Shown piece by piece: positions 1 to 13,899 of a stretch of 64,000 nucleotides of DNA. This stretch comes from Schmidtea polychroa (Eukaryota). A program made the position numbers and the translations under genes. Where the stretch lies: positions 34,474,001-34,538,000 of the forward strand of contig CM097885.1 of assembly GCA_044892525.1 (NCBI GenBank), given 5' to 3'. Each line of letters starts with the position of its first letter. The stretch's first letter is position 1. The notes under the pieces were generated by a model. It made no database searches, was not told where the DNA came from, and saw nothing but the letters and a program-made list of their open reading frames with translations.

Positions 1-1442
1 ATTTATGTTCTAAACTGCCATTTCTTAGGTCATTTTTTTTATAAACACATGTGAATTTTCGGCTATACACACATGAATTCCAGGTTCGTGTTTTTTTCAT
101 ATTTTCTAAAATATCAGTTGTCCAATAACCACGCGCGCGACTGCATCGTTTTTGAATTGTTTCACTTCGTTCTTCGGACATTTCGTGTTTTTCAAACTGT
201 TTTTTTGTTTGTGTGTGTGTGTGCACTTTGAACTATTTCATTTTTAACTGTTAAAAATATATTTTATTGATTTATAAAATGGGTTCATCGAGCGGGTTCA
301 TTATTTATAGCCTCACAGTTGACTAATTTTATGATGGGACTCTTATTTAATATACTAAGAGATGATATCTACACAGTGGCTCTTATTTTTTTTATATAAT
401 AACAATAATTAATAATTAGTGAATACAAACTCGGAAAATTAAAAAAATATATTTACGTTATATTTTGATTATATACTATTAATTAATGATTTAAAAAAAT
501 AGTTTTTTTTACCGAAAACATGAAAAAAAAATCGCCCGGCAAGTGGTTAATCAAAAAGATATTTCAGACAATTTTACAAATGTTCGATATGATTATATAC
601 AAATAATATTTTTAGCACATAAAGCGAAGAATGTAGATAATAAAATAAGGGTAAATACGAAAATTATTTATATATCAACAGATAATAATGATATATTTTT
701 AAAGGACTTAATTGATTGTAATTATGAGGAAGATTGAAGATTCTAAAAGTTTTAATTAGAAATTTTGTTAAATTTTAAAAATATTTTTATCCAAATATAT
801 ATTAAAAAGAAGATTGAAAATTAACATTTTTAAACATATTTTTATCGAAAAATATTTTAAAAGAAAAATTGAAATTTGTTTAAATAAGAAACAATAAAAA
901 AGATAAGTTTTGAGTGTATAATTTATTAAATAAAATTTATGGAATTATTTAGTGATTTGCAAAAATATATTAATGTTCTAACGGATGAGAATTTTAATAG
1001 GAATTATTAAAATTATTTTAAGGAAACGAAATTTTATATTGTTTATGATAAATATCTCAACAAAATTTAGAATAGTAATGACATCATCTTTGCAAAAGAT
1101 TACCATATTTCGAAATATTTAAATGTTGAAAAATTATCAGATATTGAACTAGGAGAAATTAAAACCTTCTTAGAAAAGGAAATCTGAATTTCCCTAAATT
1201 TAAAAAGATTATTATTATAAGTCAAATAAGTCAATGAAAATCCCTGATATTGTTCATAATGTTACTATAACTATAAAACCTATACTTAAAGGATATATTT
1301 GATATTAATGAAATGTTATCAAAATGGAATGTATTATAAGTAAAGAAGATAGATTTAAAAATAAAATACTTTTACGAAAACATATGAAGGAGTGTGAATC
1401 GGATTGACAAGCGGATAAATCGAACAAGATCAGATAACAAGC

Positions 1443-3050
1443 GCAAAATTAATTAAAATTTACTAAAAATCAATATCGGATATGATTGAACGCTAAATTG
1501 ATAGACGAGTTCAAAAATTATAATGAAAATTTAATAAGTGAAAGTTAATGCGAAAAAAATAATTAATTAATCGGTAGTGGAAAGCCGGAGCCCATGGGAA
1601 ACACGAGCGCCGAAGGAAACCAGATGAGCTGTGAGACCCGAGCAGTGAGATAAAAGAGGGAATATTTGGAGCCCTAATTAAGGGTAAACAAATTAAAACA
1701 ATCAAAATTTTAGGATTCCCGGGAAAATAATTAAACGCAAATAATTAAGCCTCTCATAAACAGTATAAAAAGAGAGTTCAGAAGTGAACAAGCCGCCATT
1801 TGGTCGAAGAGAAAAAGAAAGAAGAGAAGCAGAAATCTTGCGATCAGTGATCGAGTGGAAAAGTATCTGGAGAGAAAGGTGCAAATAAGTGACAAAATGT
1901 TAAAAAAATGATAATATATTTATTTTTATTATTACTAACAATAGTTATTTGTTATTATAGTTTTTTATATTATCTAGTTATTATGCATCAAGTTATGATT
2001 TTGAGAGGGAGGATCAATCAATATATAATAAATTAACCCTATAATGCCCAATTGTTTTTATCGTCGCGCAAAAGCTCTCCTTACATAAATGAATGCCGCT
2101 GAAAATAAATCTCTATTCAATTTTTTATTATCGGTATATTGTCACTTGGTTGCACGTGTTGTTTATAGTGTATAATCGTCGGTAGATATCGAACCTATAC
2201 AATATTTGGATTTAGCATTATATGGGATTAAGTGTTGTCCGCCTTGAGGAGGAGTAGGGAATTAGAGGCCGAATTAGATTAGAAACTTAACTATTTCATG
2301 TTTAATTTTAAAATTAATCAAATCTTATTGACGAATCGATGATTTTATTATTACCTTTCATTTATTTTGATAGACTTAATCTTAGATTTATATTCTTCCT
2401 TTAAGCTTTTGATCCTTTCTTTCATTATTTGATGCTCTACGTCTTTCGAGTATTTGATTTTATATTTATATTATAATTAATGTCTTGGATTATTTTGTTT
2501 GATTCTTCGATTTCAATACCGGTTAGAGTCTTGTCTTCTAGAACTTTCATTTTATATAAATATAATTTATTTATTCCTAACGATAATTCATCACAAACCT
2601 CTCTATAAACTTTTTTTTTCACTTAGAAAAACATACAATGCATTTGTTGGGGTTGGTTAGAAAACCAAAATAAATGTATATATAAAAGGAAGGCATAACA
2701 AATATTGGTAAAAATATCAATAAAAGTGCAAACTTAATTAAAACTTACTAAAAATCAAAAATCAATATTGAACGCCAAATTGAAATTCAGAAATTATAAT
2801 GAAAATTTAATAAGATCTTCACAGGGAAAGTTAATGCGAAAAAATAAATCAATTAAAATTAATTAATCTGTAATGGAAAGCCCTAGCCCATGTGAAACCC
2901 GAGCGCTGAAGGAAACTCGATGTGCAGTGAAATCCCATCGATCAGATAAGAGAGGGAATATTTCGAGCGCCAATCTAGGATAAACAAATTATAAAAATTT
3001 GGAAACCCTCAAATGTTTACCTAGGATTCTCGGGAAATAATTAATTGCAA
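1443..3050 (+). repeat. Diverged ~300-bp direct duplication (copies ~1443-1740 and ~2729-3050)
   Basis: Collinear shared blocks include GAAAGTTAATGCGAAAAAA, GAGCGC(C/T)GAAGGAAAC, AGAGGGAATATTT and TAGGATTC(C/T)CGGGAAA. Confidence 0.75.
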
Positions 3051-3899
3051 TTCTGTAGAATCTGTTGAAAACGTATTGAAAATATATCAACTAGTATGTT
3101 TAATAAGTTAAGAGAAAATTCTTCAAAATTTAAGTATTTTTCACTAGCACTTGATGAAAGCAACGGTATAACTAGCATCGCTCAATTGTTGATTTTTATC
3201 CGTGGAATTGATTAACAATTTTGTGTAACAGAAGAACTTTCTGCATTGAAAAGCCTCCATGGGAATACAAGACGAGAAAATATAATTTTGCAACTATTAG
3301 ATGTTTCCAAAATGTATGATCTTAAGTGGGAAAAATTAAAAAATGTTACAACTGACGGTACAAAGAACATGACGGGCCATAATACTGGTTAGATGGACAT
3401 GATTAATAAAAAATTGAAAGAATTGAATATTGTACAGTCTCCTCGATAACTTCATTGTATTATCCATCAACATGCACTTTGTGCAAAGGCTGTAAATTTG
3501 GAAAATGTTATGAATATTCTAGTAAAATCCATCAATTATATTCGAAAAAATGGTATGAACCATCGAACATTTCGGAATTTCTTAAATGAAATTGACGCAG
3601 AATATGAAGATATTATTTACGTTTCTGAAGTAAGATGGCTCAGTCGTGGAGAAGTTTTAAAAAGATTTTTCGTGTTGAGAGACGAGATTGAAATGCTTTT
3701 GACAACAAAAGGAAATATTATACCAGAGTTATCCAATTTTAAATGGATAAGCGAGTTAACGTTTCTTGTGGACATTACAACTTACCTCAATAAATTAAAT
3801 TTAACGCTACAAGACAAAGGAAAGTTAATCAACGAGCTATTTACAGAAGTCAAAAGTTTCCAGCTTAATACTCACCATAACTCAACCTTTCCTCGATAG
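3050..3899 (+). pseudogene. hAT-superfamily (Buster/Charlie/SPIN, GTF2IRD2-like) transposase remnant
   Basis: Translation gives FSLALDES..AQLLIFIRG, TTDG.KNM.G, HCIIHQHALCAK and EVRWLSRG (ORF 3498-3899). It is interrupted by stops/frameshifts and truncated at both ends. Confidence 0.85.
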
Positions 3900-3967
3900 A
3901 TAGATTTCGATAATCTAAAATCCTATCATTCATTTTTTCAAAGATTTTTCGGTATTTTTCCAAATTT

Positions 3968-4070
3968 TTCGATCTATTGATGCATTGATTATTGATTATC
4001 GATCTATTGATTATTAATTATATTGATGCATTGATTATTGATTATCGATCTATTGATTATTGATTATTAA
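3968..4070. repeat. Short degenerate tandem repeat (TCGATCTATTGAT/TATTGAT units)
   Basis: Repeated units are visible directly. Confidence 0.7.
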
Positions 4071-4300
4071 TTATAATTAATTTATCGATTTAAACAATTT
4101 CGACAATTTAAGAAAAAATAAAGAATACTAAATAAGTTTAATTTAATTTTCATTTTTTTAGTAACGAAGATAAATGAGTATTAACATAAGAAAGCAAAAA
4201 AGCAAAACAAGTTGCACAGTAAATTTTAAATTAAAAAATCTAAATAATAAATCAACAAAGATTTTTGGAATGGGTTCTCAGATAAAAATAATGTAAAACT

Positions 4301-5827
4301 TTAAATTTTACATACAGAATGAAATATCAACTCATGACTCAGACATGAATGAATTATACCAGTTTCTCCTTCCAATATCTTTTCAAAATGTTTTATCGTT
4401 TCTTTTGATAATGAAATATGAAATTCGGTAATTATTCGTGATAAAAACAAAAATATTTCCATATTCGATAGGTTTTCTCCAATACATGCCCTTTTCCCAA
4501 TTCCAAATGGAATCAAATATTTGCTTGGGACATATTCCGTTCTCGTTTCATCTAAAAACCTATAAGGATCAAACAGCTGAGGATTATTAAAACATTTTTC
4601 ATCAAACATTATCGAATTTAAATCTGCAAAAATGATATCACTAGGATCAAATTCAAACCCTCGAAAGATACATTTTTTCATAACTCGGTGGTCAGCCTTC
4701 GGAACTAAATTGCAGAATCGGTGCACTTCATCAATAAATGAAAGCAATTTAGGACATTTATTTTTCAAATTCAGTGTTATTTGAGTTGAATCGTCAACCA
4801 AATTATGCAATTCGTTTCTCAGGTCTTTCTGGACATCAGGATAACGACCTAACAATAAACAACAGAATTTCAAAAGATTATACGTAGTTTCTGTTCCAGC
4901 ATTTTGAAGATCTGTCATTATTTGAATGACATTCAATAGCTTCATATCATAACTTTGGTCTTTCAGATCTTCATTCAGAATCGTATTCTTCCAAATGTAG
5001 TCAAATACACATTTTGAATTAGAAGACTCATTGAAAACTTTCAAACGACTCATGCACTTGTCAGCAACCAAACGTCTATTAATGTCAATTGCGTTGACGT
5101 ATTCTTCGATTTTTGGAAAAAGAAATCTTCCTAGCTTTGACAGAAAAAACCATGGCCAGAGAAATATTATGTGTTTTAAATATGAATTAGCAACGAATTT
5201 GAGTTCTAAAATATATTTCTCAAATTTTAAATCATTCGTTTCATGGGATTCGCCAAAGTTTACATTATTAATAATGTTTGAAATATTTTTCACAAATTTT
5301 TTACTAGGATCAATTTGAATTCCGGACTTTTGTTTTAAATTTATTATTAAACAATCTGCATGTTCGCAAATCCGCTTTTCCATTATTGATGTGCCCATTC
5401 CGAGATTTCTTAGAGCTTTTAAAGCCGAATGACGATTTCGTTTCCATATGTCTCCATCAACAAAAAGTATTCCATGTCTATTTCCATATAATTCCACAAG
5501 TGAATTTTGTGCGCACCCAGAAAACATCATTCCATTATCAACCAATGCTTCTTGAACAATATCAAACGAAGCTAGGGTAATAATTCGTTGACCACAAAAC
5601 TCGATTGACCAAATGTTTCCATATTTCTCTCTCATTTGTTTGTAATATTCACATTCCGATACGTTTTTTATAAATTTGGTAAAAATAATTTTTATTATGG
5701 AATAAGGAAACATTCCAACAATGGGAAATCCTAACGGACCGGGTGGATGGGATTTCCGCTTGTAGAAATGTTTGACAATCAATAAAATAAATACAAATAA
5801 TACTCCAATAATTATATTCATTTTCAC
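4301..5827 (-). CDS. Cytochrome P450, CYP2-clan-like, single exon, 508 aa
   Basis: N-terminal membrane anchor plus PPGPLGFP hinge, WxxxR (WKRNR), I-helix AGTETT, K-helix EVHR, FDPYRF and heme motif [10 protein letters not shown], all in one uninterrupted ORF. Confidence 0.95.
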
Positions 5828-5853
5828 TGTTTCAGTTTCATTTCAAATATATG

Positions 5854-5962
<109 letters not shown>

Positions 5963-6577
5963 TTCATAACGCGCACGCTGTTGATTAGTTTGATGAGGTA
6001 AAAATAATTTTATTATGAAAATAAAATGATACGAAAACAAAACTGACGCCTTACAGAATTACACAGAATCATATTATACAATTTATTAAACATTAAAACA
6101 ATACAAATCAAATTCAAATACAAAACTGCAAAAATAAAATCAAAGTTTACCAGCTTGAAAGTAGTAAATAAATCGCTGCACTTAGCGATTCAACCAGTTA
6201 AGTTCAAACAAAAGCTATAATTAACACAATTGACCATTGCAATTAATTAATTAATTTTATTTCTTATTTAAATTTGATTATTATCATTCCTTCCATATTA
6301 TTATTTTAGTTGTGACATCATCAATCATTATTTATATATGCTTAACGCTTTGTTATATGTATAAAATATAAAATTAAAATATAAAATTAGCAAAAATTAA
6401 TTAAAAATACATTAAGCAAGTAGCACGAGAAAAGATGAATAAACGAAAAATTAATATTTGTTTATGTTTACGGTAATATGTTTAGACACAAGTAACACGG
6501 GAAAAGATAGGAATAATTATTTTAATATAAATAGGGTATTGCATAGGAAATGTTATTTAAAATTTACAAATTAATTT

Positions 6578-6793
6578 CCGTATATACTCGTGTATAAGCC
6601 GAGAAATTTTGGGCAATTTTTTAAGCTAATTTTTTCCATTCGGGTAACAAAAACCAATATTTTTTGCCAGCCAAAAAACATTAATTTTAATTTAAAAAAT
6701 CATATTTAATTTAACTTGATTTTGGACAAAAAATTGACTATAAAAACTCACTTCGGCTTATATACGGATCGGCTTATACACGAGTATATACGG
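6578..6793. mobile_element. Tc1/mariner-superfamily (pogo/Tc2-like) MITE
   Basis: 25-bp TIRs CCGTATATACTCGTGTATAAGCCGA ... TCGGCTTATACACGAGTATATACGG, TA at the right flank, no coding capacity. Confidence 0.8.
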
Positions 6794-7559
6794 TAATTAA
6801 TGCTATTAATCAAGTAATATGGTTACCAGAAAATAACAAAATTGACACACATAAATAAAGTTATTTTTATACAGTTACAAAAAAAATTTCTGATAAAAAT
6901 AAAAGGGTACATATTCTGTAATATCTTTATTTCAATTAATGTGGTTATACCCTTGACGACTTGCATTCCAGTTTTCAAATATATAAATATTAAAATCTGG
7001 GTTTCTGACTCCTTGTGCTCTATAAAAACAATTAAGCAAACGATACACAACATATATTTGTTGAAAATAAGTTACAATTTTGAAAATAATTACAATTTTG
7101 ATTAGTTAATAAATTAAGAATGAAATCTAAATCTCATATTTCATTAATATTAAAATAAAATTTTCTCATCCATCTTTAAGATGATAATTGTAGTATATTT
7201 CCTTACACCAATACTGCATGGACTTTTTTTAGCCTTTAAAAATAAAAATAATTGTAATTGCTACGTTTATATACTAATAAAAATAATCTTCAAATTAATA
7301 AAAAGTCGCGAGTGTAGGTAGATGTGAGCCCTTCCCTCTTCGAATCAAGTCGAAATTATTTATTTTCACGATTATTGATCGTCGCGATAATTGATTAAAA
7401 ATTAATTTCTATTGAGTTAAAAGTCCATTTATTGATTTTTAAGTGAAATTTTTCCTTTTTGTTTTACCTCGCTGTGGTGGGTGGGGGGTTTGAGATTTTC
7501 AAAATAAATTCGGCTAAAATATAGAGGATGACGTCACTTATATCTTTGATGACCACAGC

Positions 7560-8562
7560 ATTTTTGTATCTTTTCAAGATTTGTCTGCGACAAATTAAAA
7601 TTTTTCAAAGAGAAAAAGTTGACTGGAAATAAAATCTTTGAGATTCTTAAAAACTTTTTTTTCAAAATATAGAGATTGAATCCCTACAAATTTACATACC
7701 ACGACTTGTTCAAAATTTCATTGGAAGATGGTCAAAAATACAAAAAATCAAATATTTTGTACCTTAAATGGCGAGGTTCATGAACCTTATCATGCAAATG
7801 TCTCTAAATTTTCCTTTGTAAAATGTTAGAACTTTGCGAGCAAGTGAAGGTATATTTGAATTTTTATTGAATGAAATAAAAAAATTTAACACTGATATAA
7901 GTTTAAAATTATTATATTTTTTAGAAGAACGGATTCAAGAAAGAAGACAAGTACAATTAATAACTCTTGCTGTATTTGAAAAATCCGCAAAACATTTCCA
8001 GTTCTGAACGGAAAATCGGAACTAGAAAATCGATGAAACTGTTCATCAATGTAAAACTTTCTTAAAGGAAGTCATGGGAATATCAATCAATAAGTTTCTT
8101 GAGGACCTTGAAGAAAAAATTACAAATCCATAAACACTTAAAGCTGAATTTTCATTATTTGAAGCGACGTTTAAAAGAACGCCGAACTTAGATTTGTCAT
8201 TTGAGACCTTAAAAACTATAAAAACAAGCTCAGTAGCCAGTGAACGAGTGTTTTCAATTTCAGGCAATATTTTGTCTAAAATAAGAACAAGATTTAGCGA
8301 CAGTTCAGTAGATATTTTATGTATTTTGAAATCCTATTTTCTTAGGAGAAATATTAATTAGTAAAATGAATACAAGTTTAAGTGAAAATTTTCATTGTTT
8401 AGACTTTTGTTACTTTGTTTGATAACGTGTAGATCTTTTGACTTTGCTAATTATTTTGTTTTTCTTTTTATGTATAATTTTAAATAAATTATTTTTCCGT
8501 TTTATGAAAAAATGCAAATCGAAAACCGGTTTTTCGAAAAGTACTGTTTTATATAAACCCTA
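7560..8562 (+). pseudogene. Degenerate hAT transposase remnant (C-terminal dimerisation domain)
   Basis: ~8210-8345 reads LKTIKTSSVASERVFSISGNILSKIRTRFSDSSVDILCILKSYF (S..sERxFS motif). A hAT-like end ...AAACCCTA lies at ~8562. The left boundary is uncertain. Confidence 0.65.
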
Positions 8563-8726
8563 GTAACACATTTGTGTTGAAGAAAACATTTTCGTAACTT
8601 TTGATAAAGACGGTTAAAATCAAGTTCGAAACTCAGTCTAATTAAAAAATTTTAAATTCCCCCATATGAGATATTAAGCTCCCCCTTTCAAGGTCAAATT
8701 TTTGTGGCTTTTATCTAAATGTTTTT

Positions 8727-8836
8727 CATTGATTTTTAAGTGCTATTTGACTATAATCGAGATGTTTTTGGTTATTCTTAACATTGATTTTTAAGTGCTA
8801 TTTGACTATAATCGAGATGTTTTTGGTTATTCTTAA
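8727..8836. repeat. Perfect ~55-bp tandem duplication
   Basis: CATTGATTTTTAAGTGCTATTTGACTATAATCGAGATGTTTTTGGTTATTCTTAA occurs twice, head to tail. Confidence 0.9.
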
Positions 8837-9064
8837 TATTGAAACCATATTTTGTCCAGACATCATACACGAAAAAGATGTACTCTTTGACGACATGAAT
8901 TCGTACAAAAATCGTGGAAAAGACTTTTTTTCGATAGACTTTTTTCGTTTTAAGGAACATTTTTAGAAACATTAGGAATGCGACATAATTTGTCGAGACA
9001 TCTTTCATTAAAAAGTTCTTCTTGATTTCGGGATGACAAATGGTTATTGTCGAGTGAATCTCTC

Positions 9065-9397
9065 AGTAGATGGATGGGTCACCGCTAGATCAGGTCACCG
9101 CTAGATCAGGTCACCGCTAGATCAGGTCACCGCTAGATCAGGTCACCGCTAGATCACATACCCCCCCCCCCGGCCGGGAAAAATTTTTTTTTTTAAAAAT
9201 AAAATGTCAAGGTCATTTATTTTTTCAAGGTCAAATTTTAAAATTTAAATTTACAGAGTTCCCGCCAACGGAAATTATTCAACGATAGCTCATTTTAAAG
9301 CCCAATCCAAGACCTTTCGATTGAGCCATAGAAGGTATCATCATCATTAATATTGACAAAGTTATTAACATTTTACCAAAAATCATTTTCAAGGTCA
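9065..9397 (+). repeat. Left TIR of the outer element, with 5 tandem copies of the 16-mer GGTCACCGCTAGATCA
   Basis: Reverse complement matches 32763-33063. Units span 9077-9156; an extra inverted unit lies at 9423-9438. Confidence 0.9.
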
Positions 9398-9633
9398 AAT
9401 TATTATTCAAAATATTATTAAGTGATCTAGCGGTGACCTGGTTTTCGTTTGCCCAAAAGTTATCGTTCCCATTATCCGAATTTATTAATCAATAACTCCA
9501 TCAAATTGAATCAGTAAATTATCACAAATTTTGATAAAAAATCTTATTCTAAATATTTTATTTTTGAGTCTGTTATCCCTTTATTATCATTGTTTACTTG
9601 GGGGGAGTTATTGTTAATTCGTTTTATTATATA

Positions 9634-11488
9634 TACTCTGAGTTTATCCGACAAGATATTTTGACCCCCCATGGGTATTGGTCGTAAGGGTACTGGTCGT
9701 AAGGTACTGGTCGTAAGGGTACTGGTATGTTTTAATGATTTTATTTAGGCAAATCTTTGGTTATTATTTGGCACTAAATTCATTGGTAATTTTTTAGAGT
9801 TGATGTTAGTGGGATTTAGTGAATATTCAAGTGAATTACTATAATTTTTGTGAATTTCATGTTAATTGAAAGAATATTTAAGAATTTAAGGTTTTATTGT
9901 TAATTCTAAGACAAATTTAATTTCTTGATAATTTGCTATATTTTATTGACTTAATTAAATAAAAATTATTTTTTATGACAGTTAGGTTAATAATTAGAGT
10001 TTTTACAATAATCAAGTGATAGGATAAATTATTTAATTTTTATGATGACTTTGTAATGATAATTTGATTAAATAATTTTTTCATATATTTTCTAAGAATA
10101 TTTCCATTTACGTATTGATGAACTTTTAAATATTGAAAATCTAAGTTGAAACCAGCTAATTTTATCATGAATTTTATTTGAAATCTACTTGAAAATTATT
10201 GTAAATTATACTGAAATTTGTGATTTAGTTTGGAAGATAATAATTGGCTGAATCGATGAAGAATTATGATCAATCAATGAGAAATTATCATCCCTAGTTA
10301 GATATTTGATGGTAAATGTGGTGAAATATTTGTAGAAAATATTGATTTTAGTGAATTTTGATCTTTTAGTGGGCTCTTACTACATGAATTTAGCTACTAA
10401 ATTATTTCAATGGAAAAATGTTTGGTATCTGTAACAATTAAATAAAATTCATATTTTGAAGAATTTTCTATGGATTTTAAAAGAATTAATATATTAAAGG
10501 GCTCAAGTGGGTGAACTTTATGGATATAGTCGGTTGGATTTAGTGAGGGTTTGGTTAAGATGGGAATATATTCGGTTGGATGTTTAAAGGGGTAGAAATA
10601 TTTGATGAGGGATCGGTTAAGGTGGAAATGTTTTGAATATCTCTATTTAATTCGATAATTTTCTTATTGGTAAAATATCAATGTTTCAAGGGAAATATTC
10701 AGTATTTAGCTATGAGTCAATAATAGTTCCTGTGAAATTATATCGTTTCAGGATTATTAGGTTGTAATGAATGTAATTGTACAGTAATTTAGATTTATGT
10801 TTTACTTTAGAACCAGTTTTTATTAATTATCCACGGTTTTATTAAGTCGTTTAGGGTTAATGATCAATTAGGTGTTTATTTACTTGGTTTTGACAATGAA
10901 ATATCTGAAATCTTTAGAATTAATTGGGAATGATATCAAAGGTTATTGTTTTAAATTATTTACCTTTATTTAACATGTTATAGACGGATATTCATTGTGG
11001 GGATATCGGTGACAAAACTTGAGAAATATTGACTTACAAGAGTTGGACATCGACAACAACTAAAGAAAATTGAACTTTATTGAAGGAAATTTATGATTTT
11101 AATTAGAAATTAAATCGGTTGAATATCAGTTAAGGGTAAAATCTATTGAAGGAATATTGTTATCGGGTGGATAAACCTTTCAATGATATTTTGCTAAATT
11201 ACCTTTTGCTAAATATTATTTTAAATGACAAAGTTAACCAATAAATTAGTCGATCGAAATAAGAATTCGGTAAAAGTTACATTTAAAATATTCCAATTAT
11301 TCACGAATTTCTGATAAAGATATATATGAGCATCTATTTCTCACTAAATTACCTAGGAATTTCTAACTGATATACATGTACCTTAATTTACTAATTAATA
11401 TACCCTTGCGACATGTTGAATGTGAGTAGTACCCTTGCGACTAATACCCATAGGAGGACAGAATATTTTGTAGGATAAATTCAGACTA
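9634..11488. mobile_element. Non-autonomous TIR element (TACTCTGAGTTTATCCGACAAG family) nested in the outer element
   Basis: Left end TACTCTGAGTTTATCCGACAAGATATTTTGACCCC..GGGTATTGGTCGTAAGGGTAC; a diverged inverted copy ends at 11488; TA flanks. Confidence 0.6.
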
Positions 11489-11931
11489 TATATTTAAAAA
11501 TTTACAATATGCTATGGTTTTTATTGATTAATTTGTTGTATATTGCATTGATACATCAAAATGTCAGATAATATTTATAAATTAACTAAAAAATACACAA
11601 AAATACACAAAATACTATATTACCTAAGAATTCTGTTATGTTTCTAGTTAAATAATTGGTATTACTATCAACTATATCAAAATAATAACCAAGACCATTG
11701 TAACACATGTCAACTTTAAAATATTGGTTAGGGTTTCTTCTACTTTTCGAGCATCTTCATGGTTCTTGCGAAGATCTTTTTTCCATTTTGATGAACTCAT
11801 GTGTATCCCTTCAACATATCATCACCATTTGGTAGTTGCGCCCAATATATTTAATTACTAAGATTATTTCATATTATTCAATGTTTGAAAATTTTCTACA
11901 TTATAGTACCGTCATTATGTATGGTAATAAT

Positions 11932-12132
11932 TCATTTGACTTTGATATTGTATTGATTTGTATTGAGAACTTTCATGTATATAGTATGATATTCATTAAT
12001 CAGTGTTGAACAGGCTTGACAATTGTGAACATTCTTCTCGTGACACTTAGAACAAACCATTACGTGACCACACGGTAAATACAAAACCGAAACTTGATTT
12101 TCTTTACAAATTGAAATATCTTTTCTTAACAT
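11932..12132 (-). pseudogene. IAP/MYLIP-type RING finger (C3HC4) remnant
   Basis: SICKENQVSVLYLPCGHVMVCSKC...CQACSTLI fits C-x2-C..(L/F)xPCGH..C-x2-C..C-x2-C, with the first Cys replaced by Ser. Confidence 0.55.
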
Positions 12133-13899
12133 CGTTCAGTTTTTCCGTTAACTTATTTTCAATCAGTGTAAAATTTTTATGAAATAATTTTCCAAGTCAA
12201 AATTAAATACAAATTTATATTAAATTAATTTTAAAGACAGATTTCAATTTACCACTACTAATAAAAATAATAGTAAATGAAAAGGGTAAATTTTAAAACT
12301 AACTAATAAATTTAGAAAGAGAATGAGAATTGATAGTAATAATTAAATTAAAGTAAATTATGGACATAAATTTTTAATTAAAGTAATAATTTTTAATCTA
12401 TTATAAAAAATTTTGAATGATAGTCAGGTTTTGAGAAATGAAAATTTTAATGAAATAGTTTTTAAAGAAAATTTAGATGTAAATTTTACAAATAATAATA
12501 ATGATAATAATGATAATAAAATAATATTAATAAAAATAATAATAAAAATAATAATAATAAAAATAATACTTTATATTGCTAAGCATTAATAATGTAATTA
12601 TATTTGAATATTTTTTATTCATGTATAACAATTAATTAAAACAAATATAAATAATATTAATAGATTAAATTAATTAAAATGTAATTGAGAAATGATGCAG
12701 TATATCAAATTATTGATCCAAGGGCTGTGGGAAAACATTATTTGTTTGTAAATTATTACAATCAAATATGTTTAAGTCAAAATTTAAAAGGTCAACCAGA
12801 TACTTACAATCAAATACTTACAACAATGTATTTCTAACAAACAGCTAGATACCAAATACTTTCAACATGATACCACGTACTAACTAACTCTCAAACAACC
12901 AGATACTTACAACTAACTACTTACAATCAACTAAATATTCTTCATTGTATTTTATGAAATGCTTTTTAAATTAATTTTTTATCTGTCTTCAAAATATGTT
13001 TAATTACAATCAGTAGAAAAACCTTTTCAAAATGTCTAAATTTAAAAAAAATGATGATTTTCATCAAAAAAATGAATAATTGTCAACTCATCACTACGTG
13101 GGATTGATGATAATTTAAATTAAAATGAAAGACTATAGAATTCTGTTGGGCTAGAACTGATTTCTAAACCCAAAGTTAGGAATGGGACGAAATGTGTCAG
13201 TACACAACACGCATACCCAGCATTAAGTTTACTTAAATAAAAATATATAAACACCAAGTAAACAATAATAATAGAGATAATATACCCAAAAATAAAACAT
13301 CTGAATTAAAAAATAAAATAAAACACGAGCAAGAAGTATTACACGAAAACCTACTCAAATATAACCGAAATACATAAAACAACAAAAAAAACAAATTCGA
13401 ATAAAGGCGATTAGTAAAAATTAAAAAAGAAAATTAAAGAAAATCTTCATAAAATCTTACGTAAAGAAAATTATATCGACTTACCACAAGTAAGGTTTGT
13501 CGTAGTGGTCACAGTGGGGCCGCGAAAGCAAACACTCTTCCCGACTTTCAATACATGAATAACTTACATAGTTAAAATCTACATCCAAAATCATCACAAT
13601 ACAATACACTAAGGTTAATAAACAGAGTAGATCTCAGACCTAAATTAGTCACAACTCTACAATTCACAATTAATGTAGACGGTTAAATATCATCAATAAC
13701 CAACTCTACCTATACGTTTGTCGAATCTAGATTTATAAATGTCCTAAATAAATTTTCTAGTAATAATGTAAAGTAAAGATTTTTTTTCTAAATGATTGAT
13801 TTAGTAGCGATAGTATTCATAAAGGTGTTCGACATGCGTATCGGCAAGACTTGGATTTTAAATTGAATAGACTCTGAACTAACTATAAAAATACAAATC

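Noticed and set aside
543..2622. Short ORFs in the first 2.7 kb
   Set aside because: All are under 65 aa with low-complexity composition and no recognisable domains.
9077..9156. CRISPR-like appearance of the 16-bp repeats and of the 45095-45655 array
   Set aside because: The units are head-to-tail or have mutually similar spacers, there are no cas genes, and the context is eukaryotic transposon ends.
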